DNA of 64,000 bases from Octopus sinensis (lineage: Eukaryota). The stretch is from NCBI RefSeq assembly GCF_006345805.1, contig NC_042997.1:69936001-70000000 (forward strand). Direction: 5' to 3'. A program made the translations under genes and the position numbers. Positions 24,935-37,952 of this stretch are shown here, piece after piece. Numbering within the stretch: position 1 is the first letter of the stretch; the number at the start of each line of letters is the position of its first letter. The notes under the pieces were generated by a model. It made no database searches and was not told the DNA's origin. It saw only the letters and a program-made list of their open reading frames with translations.

Positions 24935-25260
24935 GGGGTCTGGATGTGTGTATGTATAGGGTTGGTGTATGTATTAGTATGTATAAGGGTGTGTGTGTGT
25001 GTGTGTGTGTGTATGATAGAGTATTAGTGCGTAAGATTGGTCTGGACGTGCGTATGTATGGGGTTGGTGTATGTATTACTATGTATTAGTATGTATTAGT
25101 ACGTATTGGTATGTATAGGTGTGTGTGTGTGTGTGTGAGAGAGTATAAGTGCGTATGCAGAGTCTGGACGTGTGTATGTATAGGGTTGGTGTAAGTATTA
25201 GTATGTACTAGTATGTATTAGTACGTATTAGTATGTATTAGTTGGTGTGTGTATTAGTAT
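24935..25260. repeat. Three tandem ~100-120 bp units within the PLE 3' region
   Basis: Units begin GTCTGGA(T/C)GTG(T/C)GTATGTAT(A/G)GGGTTGGTGTA; internal GTATTAGTAT expansions. Confidence 0.8.
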
Positions 25261-26691
25261 GGCACATCATATGTGATGTGATGTGTAAAGTCATGTGGTG
25301 TAGTGAGGAGAAGAGGGGGAGGGGGAGAAGAGGGGGAGGGGGGAGAAGAGGGGGGGAGAAGGGGAGGGAAGAAAAGGAGGAGGAGAAGGGGGAAGAGGAG
25401 AGGAATGGGGAGAAGGAAGGGGAGGAGGGGGATGAGAGGAAAGAGGGAGAGGGGAGAGAGGGAGTGAGGGAGCAGAGGGAAGGGGAAGAGGAGGGAGAAA
25501 GAGGGAAGAAGGGAAGGGGAGTAGGGGTGAAGGATGAAGGACTGAAGAAGTAGGGGTCGGGGGAGAAAGGATAGGTGAGGAGGGGGGAGAGCGGGGTTAT
25601 TATGAGGGTGGGAAGTTGAGACCAAATGGCGTATAAGAGCGAAGAGAGAAGATTAATTCCTGTTCACAGCGCGCAAACGGGAATCCGGATGGCCTCTGTG
25701 TAAGGACAACCGAACACAGATAGGTGTTGCAAGGAGTGACCGGTGGAGCGGAAATGGCGTGAGACCGATGTGTGTCGTTCGCAAGGTGGATGTCACGAAG
25801 GTGTTCCGCGAACCGGTCAGCCAAGCGGCGTCCCGTTTTCCGATGTACAAGGAATTGCAGAGAGAGCAAGAGATGCAATAGATAATATTGCTGGAGGTGC
25901 AGGTGAAGGAGTGGATGATGGATAGGTTCGATGGTGGGTGCTAGTGAGGCGGGTGGTGTTGGAGAGGTAAGGGCAAGTGCGGCAACGTGGGCGGGAGCAG
26001 GGGAACGAGCCGGGTTGGGAGGTGGGTCAGGGAAGGAGCTATGGACCAAAAGGTCTCGAAGGTTGTGGGCTCGTTTGAAAGAGGGGAGGGGTCGGTTAGG
26101 GAAGAGGTGTGAAGTGGACGGGTCGGACTGACATGACGGAAAGCTCGAAGAATGGTGCGTTGGAGAGACGTAGGGTCGTGGGGGGGTAAGTGAGGGGAAA
26201 AGGGAGGCGGGAGACTACAGGGCGGGTTCGGGGAGAGAGAGCAGATACACGGTCCACGGACCGTGCTCTGGCAAGGCGGTGTGGATAGTGGGGAGGGGGT
26301 ATCCACGTAGGGTGAAGTGGTGAGCCATACGTTGAGACTGAGTCTCAAAGTCATGGTCGTCACTACAGAGCCTACGTAGACGGAGGAATTGGGAATAGGG
26401 GATGGAAAGCTTGGTGTTTCTGGGTGGGAGGAAGAGAAGTTGAGGTATGAGTGTGAGTCTGTGTGTTTGTAGTGAATGGAGGTGGTAAGAGTGGAGTGAA
26501 GAATGCTAACCGAAATGTCGAGGAAGGAGACAGAGGTTTGGAGATAGTGGAAGTGAAGTGGAGGCTGGATGGAAAGATTGGACGAAAGAGAGGAAGGAAT
26601 CTAGATGTTCGCGGGAGAGTGAGGTGGCACCGATAATGTCGTCAATATAACGACCATATAGTTCAGGAGTGGGACCAGTGAAATTAGAGAA

Positions 26692-26736
<45 letters not shown>

Positions 26737-26758
26737 ATATGTATGTGTGTGTGTGTGT

Positions 26759-26800
<42 letters not shown>

Positions 26801-26831
26801 GTGTGTGCGTGTGTGTGTATGAATATATATA

Positions 26832-26864
<33 letters not shown>

Positions 26865-26946
26865 ATGGTAATGTGATTGAAACAATTGTTGGATTTTTAA
26901 GGTGCTATCTAAAATAAAAATATTTTATTAGTACATGTTACTGACT

Positions 26947-26991
<45 letters not shown>

Positions 26992-26993
<2 letters not shown>

Positions 26994-27119
26994 GCTTTCT
27001 CTCTCTTTCTCTCTGTGTCAAGCACACACTCACACACACACACACGCATATTTTATACATATATATATATAATATGTGTGTGTGTGTGGCGGGGGGTGCT
27101 TGACACAGAGAGAAAGCGT
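26992..27119. repeat. Hairpin with unique outer arms and complementary (CA)n/(TG)n inner arms
   Basis: ACGCTTTCT..TCTCTGTGTCAAGCAC versus GTGCTTGACACAGAGAGAAAGCGT. Confidence 0.8.
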
Positions 27120-27893
27120 GTGTGTCAGATAGAGAGTCTAGGTTATGAAAGTGGGTGAATGTGCATACATGGGAGACAGAGATATAAAGAGAATGAGCGG
27201 TGTGGGAGAGTGATTAAAAAAGAAAGAAAAACGAGGAAAGTAGTTTAAACAATATTGTAACAGAAGGCCCTTTTTGAATAAAAAAATTTAATTAGTTGTT
27301 TTATAATGTTTATTATCCGTAAGTTTAAATAGCGTTTCGTTGTATTTTAGCTTTAAACAATAATTAATCAATAATGTTTTGACGTATATAAACCGCTTTC
27401 GAAGACAGAAACAAACACTATTGACTTTTATCACACATCTGGCACCTCATGTGTTTTAAATGTATTATCTAACTATTCAAAGGATTTTAATTTTCCTATT
27501 TTAATATTTTTTCAATGAATGCAGTTGGATTAACAATATAATTTCAATGAAACTTTTTTAATGATAACTATATAGATTAACAAAGTCTGAAATAAAATTT
27601 TCAAATCAGTAACCAATATATGTAGTTCAGATCAGGATAGGTTCTTATTGATACTGTTATGATGTAACCCAGGACAACCAGTTTAGTGGCCAAATGATAG
27701 AAGAATAAAATAAGACCACTATTCACTTTACTATTAAATATAGCACGTGTGCGAAGTTAGAAGACGGAAGAAGTCGTAGACACGCCAACAACCAGCCGTG
27801 TCTGAAGAGATAGCTCAAGTGATAATCAGGTTATCTGCCTGTTTCAAGTACACACACATAGCTTTGCCCCACTACTTCCTCTTTGTGCCACAG

Positions 27894-27926
<33 letters not shown>

Positions 27927-28641
27927 GCCACATAGTTGGTTAGCTACACGTAAACCACGTTTACCAGAAATAACCAGTATAGATTCATCACTGCAGTTAT
28001 TAGTCCGGTTTTACTACTACTGTTACCAGAATGCTCTTCCTGCAAAGACAGTCACTATGCTCTTACTACTATAGTATTCAGCATGGTGTCACCACGGTGA
28101 TAACCAACATAGTTTCTGACCCCCATGGTTACTAGTACCCTCTCACTACTACGATTACCAATACGGTCTAATCAACGCGGTAATAAGTACGGTCACATTC
28201 ATAATCCGAGTTACTATTGTTATTTCACTACTATATTTGCCACAACAGTACGATTAACATAGTTAACAGTATAGTTTCATCATTACAGCAACCAGAACGC
28301 TTTCACTTGCACGATCACTCGTACAGTTTCGTCAACAGGGTTAGGAGTGCAAACACTACGAAGACAAATGGTACGGTCTGACCATCTTAATTAAATATAC
28401 GGTCTCACCCACGGATAATTTACCAGGAACTTATAACGCGTTAAAGCAGTGAAAAAATGGAAGGTTTTGTTGTAAGATCCTCAGGATAAGCCTTCTAGTG
28501 GTCCTGTCTACCACTCTCAATTAATTACAACAATATTCACGCCTCTCGTTTCTTATAAAGTACTTAATATAATTAGGAATTTGTGACATACTGTATACAC
28601 AATGTTCCATAAGGCATCGTTGATCATAGTGAAAATTGAAT

Positions 28642-29104
28642 TCAGAAGGTAATTTTGATATTATTTGTTGGTACAAGGCATTTGGCGTGATATTTTTCCA
28701 TTATGTATTCTACTGCCTTTTGTACAGCACAGAATCTCGTTGGACGGAACAGACTATTAAATCCATCCGATTTTATTTTATCAACACACCAATGATTAAG
28801 TTTAAGATATATCTCAAAATCAACTCAAGGCTAAGATATATCTCAGTATCAACTCTGTATTCCATTGCACATGTAATGAGGTTCATTTTGCTGGTCTCTA
28901 GAAATGTGTTGACCTTCAGCGAATCTCTAAGAATATCGTTGTCTCCAGTAAAGTGATGTTTATGTTGTACTATATAATGTTGCTCTTCAAGTTTCTCGAA
29001 GCAAACGGAGGTTATGTCTTCTATCTGACAGATGTTTTCATGGCGAGAATTAAGCGTATTTCTGGTACTTGGTTGTGCGGCTAGCTCAGAAATGCTTATG
29101 TCAC
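28642..29104 (-). pseudogene. Candidate exon or pseudo-exon, BACK-domain-like, frameshifted by a 29 bp tandem duplication
   Basis: TATTCTTTTCAG acceptor, then ~110 open codons. Removing one 29 nt repeat keeps the frame open to 28642: ..DSLKVNTFLETSKMNLITCAMEYRVD.EIYL.LNHWC..SLFRPTRFCAV. Domain call is by-eye resemblance only. Confidence 0.4.
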
Positions 29105-29890
29105 CTGAAAAGAATACTAAATTTTAACAGAATCATATCCAATTTTGACCTTAAATGAGGGAGAGGTGGCTGTCATTCATACACCACTACTCTTGCTTGA
29201 TAGACACAGATACTAGACTAGAGCAAAATGCTTTTAAATTGAAAAATAATTACGCACGCAACAGACTTACTTTCTCATTTTCACACAATACGCTAAGTGG
29301 CAACATAAAGTCAAGACAACTAAGCTTTTATGAGAATATAGGAGATTGCGAAAGTAGCTGAAAGCATTTCCAGGTTACGTAGTACTAGTTAACTTGGTGT
29401 GTTTCCAATCCTTGAAACATCATACCGGATGCTTGCTCAGTATCATGGCTTTTAGCCCAGCATTATGTTATGATGCCACATGCACCAGTTGCTACTACTG
29501 GCCTGATACTGCCAACTTCAAAGCTGCAGCAATGAAACTTACTCAGTTCTTCAACACTTCATTCGAATGAGATGGAAGCATGCTACTAAACCTATAGACC
29601 TATACCTAATATGTCTATGTATCATCCAATCTCTGAGTTATTTGCTCTTTGTCAAGGCTTTATTTTTCATCCCACAAAGTTTCAAATCAGGTCTCCATCT
29701 TCCTCGCTAAGCAAGTTCAGCGGTGTTGTCAATTTAATCGCAAACGACCTGACCATGCAATGGGCTTAACTGTTACATGCTACCAACAGCGCTCTCAAGC
29801 AACCTTACATTCACAAGAGCATACACACACACACACACACACACACTCTCTCTCTCTCCCTCTCCCTCTCTCTCTCCCTCTCCCTTTCCC

Positions 29891-29927
<37 letters not shown>

Positions 29928-30399
29928 GTATATATAGTGAATATTAAATCCGAGCAGGTTTAAAGATTCTAGTACAATCTGGGTTTCGGCTAACCACATC
30001 GAATAAAAAAGAAATAACGAGAGATTCTTCAAGGTAAACAATCACGTGATATTTCATCCGAATGGTAAATCCTGAGTTAGCTTCGTTAGATTATAAACAG
30101 TTTACAGACTGTATGTTCAAGACATTAAGATAAAAATGGAGAATTATGTATCTGTAATTTTTTATTACAGTCTCTTATACAGTGCATTCTCTTTAAACCT
30201 CTGTCCAACATATATTTCTGCTGCACGGATATCCTAGGAGGTGGTTCGATTTATTTGCTGTTGGTTCAGTTGCATTAAGATTTCATCCAGGTTAAATGTA
30301 TCCATGCAGCTTTATTCAAGGTGTTCCAAGCTCTGAACATTTTCTTATTATATTAACATTTTTGTGTAAAATTCAATGCCAAAATTTGATACACGCCCC

Positions 30400-30580
30400 G
30401 CGCCTCCCACCCTCACTGGATTTTTCCATTGCTCAATTGCTACTTATTTTTATTTATCCCGAAAGATTAAAAGGCAAAGTCAATCTTGATGGAATTTGAA
30501 CTCTAAAGGTAAGAACGGACAGAAAGTCGCTGAGTATTTTGTACAAGGTGCTAACGTTCCTGTACAGCTAACCGCTCTTG
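30400..30580 (-). mobile_element. SINE family B (a second, more decayed copy follows at ~30660-30830)
   Basis: CCCGAAAGATTAAAAGGCAAAGTCAATCTTGATGGAATTTGAACTC. Confidence 0.75.
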
Positions 30581-32941
30581 ACGTCATATCAATAATGATG
30601 ATAATTGCTAATGATGACAATTGCTAAATACAAAGACATGCATATTTTGATGCAGAGGTCAGTTAAAAATAAAATCAATACCAGTACTTGTGTTGTAGTT
30701 ATTTTTAATGATTCAGAAATATGAAACGGAAATTCGAATGTTGGTGGATTCGAACGCATATATAAAGAATCTGAACTAAGTATCTACTGCAAGGCATTTT
30801 GCCAAGTGTTCCGTCGATTCTTCTGACAATCCACATCGAATAATATTATTTTTATCATTATTATTATTAATAATAACAATAGCAAATATATAAATAAAGT
30901 AATAGCATATCATGTCAGAAATGTGGTATTTAGCAATGAATATATAAAAAGGTAAATAAATAAAATTTATCTGTATCCATTGCTCTGCTTCCTTCTGAAC
31001 GATCAGCTGGCCTGTTCATTGTTGAACGGCTGACTGTTCCGAGGTGAGTAAGGAGCAGGTGCGAGCAAGAACATAAAGAAATTAACAGAGAGGGATGAAG
31101 GGAGGGAAGGGAGGAGAAATTGAAAGCAGTTGTAGCAGTGGTGGTGTTGGTGGTACTGAATGTTATGAGGGTGGGGCATAGACACAAGATAAAAGTGGAA
31201 GCAACTCTTTTAATTTCTTAGGAAGTTTCTTCGCCAGCAGTCGATTAAAGTTCGGCTCTCATCGTCAGCCTCCGGCAAATGAATCGTTACAGCACGTCAA
31301 TTTTTTTCCCTATATTTCTTTTTATTTCACCGTTTAATGTTTTATTTTTTTTACATTTTATATATATTTTCCTGTCCTTCAACTCTAATCTTTACTTTCA
31401 TTACAGTTGTCAGTTGTCGATTTTCTTATTTTAAATACTGCTTTGGTTATATTTTATTGAATTTATTTGTGTAATTTTCCATTTTGCTCTTGTGGATATA
31501 TTACATGGTTTTGCACTTCTTGCAGTATTAATGATTTTTTTCTTTATTTGTTTGTTTGCTTTCTCTCCGTTTTCTCTCGCCTGATATTGCTATCTTGGTA
31601 TATACTATCATTGTTATTGCTGTTGAAAGTATTTTAACTATGCTCCCGAATGCATATGTTTACTTAAGGTTCCAAGAAGGTTGAGAGAGCTTTCAGATAC
31701 ATTAACATATCTGTCTAACTATGGCTATCTGCAGATACCAGTATAACACTACTGACCCATCTATACTTGCATATATGTACACACAAAAACACACACATAA
31801 TATAGTAGCGCAATTTATTCCGAACTGCTGTGACATACATACATGTATTAATGAGTGTATGTATGTATGTATGTGTGTGTGTGTGTGTGTTGTGTGTGTG
31901 TGTGTGTGCGTGTGTGTACATATATGCCACAGAACCTCACAAAATTAAAAACCCTTGATTGAGTATATCCTAGCATATTAAGATTACCAATGAAGACAAT
32001 CAAACAGTATCAATATATATAATAATATAAACAATAAAATCACCATAAACCATGAACCCTTTGACATATTCAACTTTACTGGAATGAAAGCCACCCATTC
32101 TGCACATTGCTGCAAATTAAATTCAGTTTTAAATGATTTGAACTGCACATGAGTTTTTTTTCTGAGCGAAGGTTGGTATGTGCACTCTCAGTAAGTCATC
32201 GTTCCCAGATAAAAAAGCTTCAGAACGATACAGGATGAAGTGTCAGCACAGGATCTTGATTGGAATCTTATTTATCGATTTAAGAAAGGATATACACAAA
32301 ACTATCAAAGTACAATTTGAGCAGTGAACGTTTCTGTTAGGACACTCTAAAACATACTGTAAAGCAGACACACACTTATAACACGGCTTAATATACATAC
32401 ATACACACACAAACATAGACATATATCACAGCATACATTTCATGTCTTTGCTCCAGAGCGTAGAGTTTCTGTTCTATGACATTCTCCCAGTGGTTATTTT
32501 GTTGCTTTGCGGCAATCTTATTCGTGTAAGATCATTGAGTCGCCTATCATCCTATCAACACTATTTGACAATCATCATTCAAAACAACCGAGGCAGATAA
32601 AAACAGATGCTCTTCAGATGACCAACACATATGCTGGTTCTCTTGCGCTGAATGATTTCAGAATACAGTCAGACAGTTACCTACTCGTTGTTGCCATCTT
32701 AGAAATTTGAACTTGGAGCGATGAATAATTACGTCTACTAAATATCCAGTCATCATCTGACTGTGACTCTAGGATGGTAAGCATCCCCGGTTTTGTGTTT
32801 TCTGATTGCGATACGTTTGTTGGTTGATGAACTTAACTATCCATACGATATACATGTACATACATACATACATAATACATACATACATACATACATACAT
32901 ACATACATACATGCATACGTACGTACGTACATATATATAAG

Positions 32942-33123
32942 AGTGGCTGTGTGGTAAGAAGCTTGCTTCCCAACCACATGGTTCTGGGTTTAGTCCCTCT
33001 GCATGGCACCATGGCCGAGTGTCTTCTATTATAGACTCAGGCCGACCAAGGCCTTGGGAGTAGAATTGGTTGACGGAAACTAAAAGAAACCTGTCGTATA
33101 TATATATATATAATATATATATA

Positions 33124-33164
<41 letters not shown>

Positions 33165-33410
33165 AATATATGTGTGTGTATGTGTTTGTATGTATTTATT
33201 TGTGAGTCTGTGTTTGTTTTCCCCACCCATTGCTTGACAACAGATGTTGATGTGTTTACGTCTCTGTAACCTAGCGGCTCGGCAAAAAGTTCAATAGAAT
33301 AGGTACTAGGCTTATAAAAATATAAGTCCTGAGGTCGATTTGTTCGACTAAAAGCGGTGCTCCAGCATGGCCATAGCCAAAATGATTGAAACAAGTAAAA
33401 GAATAAATGA
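32942..33410 (+). mobile_element. SINE family A, full-length
   Basis: Colinear with 22250-22645, with a longer internal microsatellite. Confidence 0.9.
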
Positions 33411-33584
33411 ATATATATAGTACGTCTCCCAATTGCAGTTTGAGGATAGAAACCAGGTCTAAACACAATAGCTTATAGACATACTCTGAATGTAATTCTA
33501 TATATATCTTTAATAATTTCTTTTTAATACTTAAGACCATCAGAAATGTTAAGATATCAGCCTCTACCCACGTTGTCATGCTTT

Positions 33585-34075
33585 GATTAAAAGGTTACAG
33601 CATAGATTAGATTACTTAAATAAGTTACGGCCGAAGCTGACTCAGGCTATGTTTAATTCAATAGCATCATCTGGAAGAGATACACAGTCAGCTCTGGGGA
33701 ACCGTAGCCCATTCAAGCAGAGGGTTATTGTTTTCAGAGACATATCTGGGTATGGGTGGTTTATCTGGTATTTGTTGGGGGTAATCATCTAGGGATCGTT
33801 TGAATGCCGTGAAGTCCCTTTCCTCCTTTATGTGTGTCTGGCACGATATTGAAGAGAGCAGTGCCAATTGGGGTGAAGTAGTTCTGTCATTGTGTTGTGA
33901 TGCGACACAAACATTTCTGTACTGGACGGAGGGCACGGAGACCATGACTCGGGCGAATTTTAAAGATGGGCAATGTTGATGGAATATTTTCCACATTAGC
34001 GGCGGTGGAGGGAGCAAAGCCTGAGCTTTTTGAGTCGATCCCAATAGTCAAGGCTCCGCAGACCTCCGCAAAGCA
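33585..34075 (-). mobile_element. CR1-like LINE 3' fragment
   Basis: FTAFKRSLDDYPQQIPDKPPIPRYVSENNNPLLEW matches the C-terminus seen at 12.9 kb. Confidence 0.8.
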
Positions 34076-34199
34076 GTTCATTTTAAGATAGATACGCGAG
34101 TAAAATTAATAATAGAGAAACGAAAATAAACTTTGGAAACAGCAACGCCTCCATAGGTTACGTGGAAACGTAACATTGTAATACTTCATGTAAAGTAAA

Positions 34200-34412
34200 T
34201 ATCACAAATGAAAAATCCTTCAAAAATCCATAAAAATCCCGAGATCACTACCAAAATTTCATCATCTGTTCCTTGTGTCATCATTACCAAATTTTCCTGC
34301 AAGTTTCATCAAATTCCTTTCACAACTTTTTGAGTTATTTTGCACACAGACGGACAGACGGACAAACCAACGCCGATTAAAACATAACCTCCTTCCTTGG
34401 CGGAGATAATAA
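34200..34412 (-). mobile_element. Non-autonomous Helentron/DINE-1-like element end
   Basis: TTATCTCCGCCAAGGAAGGAGGTTATGTTTT, (GTCY)n tract and GATGAAACTTGCAG..GAAATTTTGG are recalled hallmarks of this repeat type. Confidence 0.6.
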
Positions 34413-34831
34413 CGTTGCCCCGAAAAGGACTTTAATGCGTTCCCTAAGTATATAGAACTAAACTGGTTTCTTACCCACATGCTGTTGTATGTCTTTTCAC
34501 AGGAAAAGTTGTTGATAATTCTTGTTGATATACAAAGCTTATAAATATGCATAGGTGTTACAAATTAAGTTTAAGTACCAATAAACATCAACTTGGATAA
34601 CACTTTACTCAACCGATAGAGAAAGATGACAGGTCAAGCTGATTATGTAAACAGAATTCTGATTATTCGCAAGCGTCTTGATGTGTCAAGTTCTGATTTT
34701 CCGCCTATTCTTGTCGGAACTTTTGATACGGAGTATCGAAATTTTAATCCCTTTCACACTAATAAAATGTCAAGCAAACTAAAAAGTTTGTCATTACCGT
34801 TATTGTCAGTATGGGCAGAATTTATTAATTG

Positions 34832-34960
34832 TTTACTGCAAAGAAGAAACTAAATATGTTGAATATGCATTCGCACGTGACAATAGAGCTGCAGGAAGGC
34901 ATTTTATTATTAATGAAGCCAATGTTCGAAATTGGCGTAAACAGTAAGACAAACTTAAAC
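34832..34960 (+). mobile_element. pogo-like transposase N-terminal (Brinker-type HTH) relic
   Basis: FTAKKKLN / VEYAFARDNRAAGRHFIINEANVRNWRKQ*DKL, frameshifted; matches the KL.VVEYA...NRAAGR.F...E.NVR.WRKQ pattern. Confidence 0.6.
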
Positions 34961-35840
34961 TGTGCTTAGTAATAAACAGACAAAAATAAAACCATGCAAT
35001 CAAGATCGTCCATATCATTACATTTTGTTCGGTCAGAAATATCCATATCACTATGTATGTCAATAGTGCTCAATTGCGATAGGTAGAAACTCCAATGAAA
35101 CTTCAAACCCCATTGTAAAATATGGCCCGGACCGTGATTAACGGCATGAACGTTAGACTTGAAAAGGGAGTTAACCATTTAATGGTTTTAGTAAATTTAT
35201 ACAGAAAAAGTAATCATTATACAGTCCAGTATAAAAAAAGTCAACTTCATTATATTTAAGTCCTTATGTTTCTCTAAAAGCTTATTCTGACATTAAATGA
35301 ATCAACTTCCGGTACCAATGTTTACGTTTTGTACGTCTTTTTCCAACAAAAAAAGATTTTTTGAAACGATTTACTCATATAATTTACGCACCCCTAAAGT
35401 CAATTTTTATTTTTGCCGCACACGTATTTATACAACGTAACCACTGGCAAGCGGTCACTCTAATAATATTGCTTTTCTAATAAATGGAGTGAGAAATGAC
35501 CAGTAGGCAAACGAGAAAAATAAAGAAAAATGAATGGGTTATTTACCCTTGGATGTTAAAGGAAAATAGATGGGTTATATCTTCTAGGGGCCCTAAACTG
35601 CAATGAGCCTTGTAACAAACTGGATTTTGGTTTAACTTGTATAAAAAGTTTCATGAAGATTCGTTAACGGATGTAGACACAGACAGACACCGTTTATATA
35701 TATATATATTATATATATATATACATGTGTGCGTATGTGCGTGTGTGTGTGTGTGTAAGTTCACTCCGGTGATATTTTCGATCATATAGCACATGGCGTC
35801 AGCCGGACAAATGGATTAATCTGGTATATACGTGCACATA

Positions 35841-37424
35841 CAGTTGCGGCATTGCTTTCGTCAGAAAAGTAGGTATAAGTTTTTATCAAAGTTGTTTTAT
35901 ATTCTATAATTTTCACAGACAATAAATACAATATTATTTGTTATTGTCTGAGATTTTGGTGTAATTTGAGAGGATAATAAAAAAGTTATGGATGATTTAG
36001 TGATTTACTGCAAAACCCATGGCGGCCAAAATGATCAGAACGGTTGCTTTTACTCCATGTTTTAGTATATTTAACAGTCGAACTCTAATGTTTTGAATTT
36101 GTTTACGTGACAGTTTGTTTACTAAACATTAGTAAGAATGTTAATATAATGCCACTTACTCCGTTACCAATTCGTCAGCAGGTTATTAAGCTTCGAAAGA
36201 ATGATAATTTAAGTATTAGGTCTATTGCAAAGATTGTTAACAAGTCAAAAAGTGTTGTTCACGGTATTCTTAAGGTCTACGATGATTGTGGTTCGTGTGA
36301 AGCAAGAAAGTCTACAGGCAGGCCAAGGAAAACGACCAAGAGAGAAGATCGTGCTATGGTAAAGTTGGTTAAAAAGGACAGATTTAAAACTGCTGCTGCT
36401 GTTTTTCATGAAATGAGCATTGTACTGAAGAAAACTTTATCTCGAAATACTGTGTCTCGTCGTTTAGTTGAACATGACCTACAAGCAAGAGCACCTGCAG
36501 TGAAGCCACTGATCAGCTCCAAGAATAAAAAGTATCGTCTTACCTTTGCAACCGAACATGTGTTGTGCTCTCAAGAAAAATGGCAAACGTTGCATTTCAG
36601 TGATGAATCTAAGTCTATGTTATTTGGTTCAGATGGGAAAAGGTACGTTCGTCGAAAAGCAGGTGAAAAATTGTCACCTAAATGCCTTAAGACTAGTGTT
36701 AAATTCGGTGGAGGAAGTGTCATGGTTTGGGGGATGATATCTGGAGATGTTGTGGGCCCTTTGCTGCGATTACATGGAAAGGTAAATGCAGGAGTTTATA
36801 AACAACTTGTAAAAGATCATGTCTTGCCTGTGCTGAGAAATTCAACTAAGCGACCACCCATATTCATGCAGGACAATGCCCCATGTCACAAGGCTAAGGT
36901 GGTCAAGAACTTCCTCAAGGCTGAAAAGGTTATTGTTATGGATTGGCCTGCTCAAAGCCCAGACCTCAATCCTATTGAAAATGTGTGGAATATTCTAGGA
37001 GAACGTTTGAAAGCCAGAAATCCTAAAACAACTGAGCAATTATGGAATGCCCTTCAGGAAGAATGGAATAAGATCATCCAGCAAGAATTTGAAAATTTAA
37101 TTTCCCCATGCAGTCAAAAATGTCAAACTTTGATTGAAGCTAAAGGGCTTCACACTAAATATGAAATAATTCCAGCATTCTCTGTCACTTTTTGATTATT
37201 TTGTTATTTTTTCAACCGTTCTGATCATTTTGGCCACCATGAGTTTTGCAGTAAATCACTATATCATCCATAACTTTTGTATTATCCACTCAAATTACAC
37301 CAAAATCTCAGACAATACCAATTAATATTGTATTTATTGTCTGTGAAAATTATAGAATATAAAACAACTTATACCTACTTTTCTGACGAAAACAATGCCG
37401 TTCTGAACATTTTGGCTGCAACTG
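35841..37424 (+). mobile_element. Full-length Tc1-family transposon with ~210 bp IR/DR-type TIRs and TA target duplication
   Basis: TA|CAGTTGC..GCAACTG|TA; TIRs 35841-36047 and 37213-37424; inner and outer repeats GCCAAAATG(A/T)TCAGAACGG. Confidence 0.95.
36149..37195 (+). CDS. Tc1 DD34E transposase, open reading frame (348 aa from the ATG at 36149)
   Basis: N-terminal HTH with GRPRK linker; FSDESK, QDNAPCH, SPDLNPIE with 34 residues between the second D and E. The C-terminus runs 10 aa past the usual TKY end. Confidence 0.92.
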   Translation: MPLTPLPIRQQVIKLRKNDNLSIRSIAKIVNKSKSVVHGILKVYDDCGSCEARKSTGRPRKTTKREDRAMVKLVKKDRFKTAAAVFHEMSIVLKKTLSRNTVSRRLVEHDLQARAPAVKPLISSKNKKYRLTFATEHVLCSQEKWQTLHFSDESKSMLFGSDGKRYVRRKAGEKLSPKCLKTSVKFGGGSVMVWGMISGDVVGPLLRLHGKVNAGVYKQLVKDHVLPVLRNSTKRPPIFMQDNAPCHKAKVVKNFLKAEKVIVMDWPAQSPDLNPIENVWNILGERLKARNPKTTEQLWNALQEEWNKIIQQEFENLISPCSQKCQTLIEAKGLHTKYEIIPAFSVTF

Positions 37425-37854
37425 TAGATGTATGTATACGAGTGTATATATAAGTGCTCGTATGTTGCATACACACACACGCACGCACACACACACACAC
37501 ACACATACACACATATATGTATGTGCTTGTGTGTTTGTGTAATTATGTACTAAATGTGTTATATTTCTACTGATAAAGTGAAAGTATTTTATTACTAAGC
37601 CAGAAATCGCCGATCTGGGAATAACTATTAATTTTTTGCTAATTTCTTTGTTCATTTATCTTTTCACCTGTGGTATATAAATACATGATGTGGTTTTAGA
37701 GTCAGTTTTGACTGTTATATCTAGCATGGTGGAACCTCTCCAGCTCCCTTAATTATAATAATATTTATATGATTATATATCTATATATATATATATATAA
37801 TATATATATATATATATGCATTTATACATACGTATATGTACATACATCTATATG

Positions 37855-37952
<98 letters not shown>

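Larger units (their letters stand above)
24575..26690 (-). mobile_element. Penelope-like element (Poseidon-type), 5'-truncated: RT end, GIY-YIG, long 3' region and hammerhead
   Basis: YGRYIDDIIG, FLDISVSI..TTSIHYKHTDSHSYLNFSSSHP, RGYP, NLRDLLVHS, TGRRLADRFAEHLRDI, EQELIFSLRSYTPFGLN; frameshifted. Contiguity of the 24.6-25.6 kb 3' region is inferred. Confidence 0.88.

Noticed and set aside
27895-28440. Thr-rich mucin-like exon after a CAG acceptor
   Set aside because: Stops in all frames; consistent with a decayed (ACT)n-rich region.
31013-31049. 37 nt plus-strand exon ending GAG|GTGAGT
   Set aside because: Too short to distinguish from chance.
32457-32525. Plus-strand transmembrane-like micro-exon SVEFLFYDILPVVILLLCGNLIR
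   Set aside because: Plausible splice sites, but short, the opposite strand reads equally well, and no partner exons were found.
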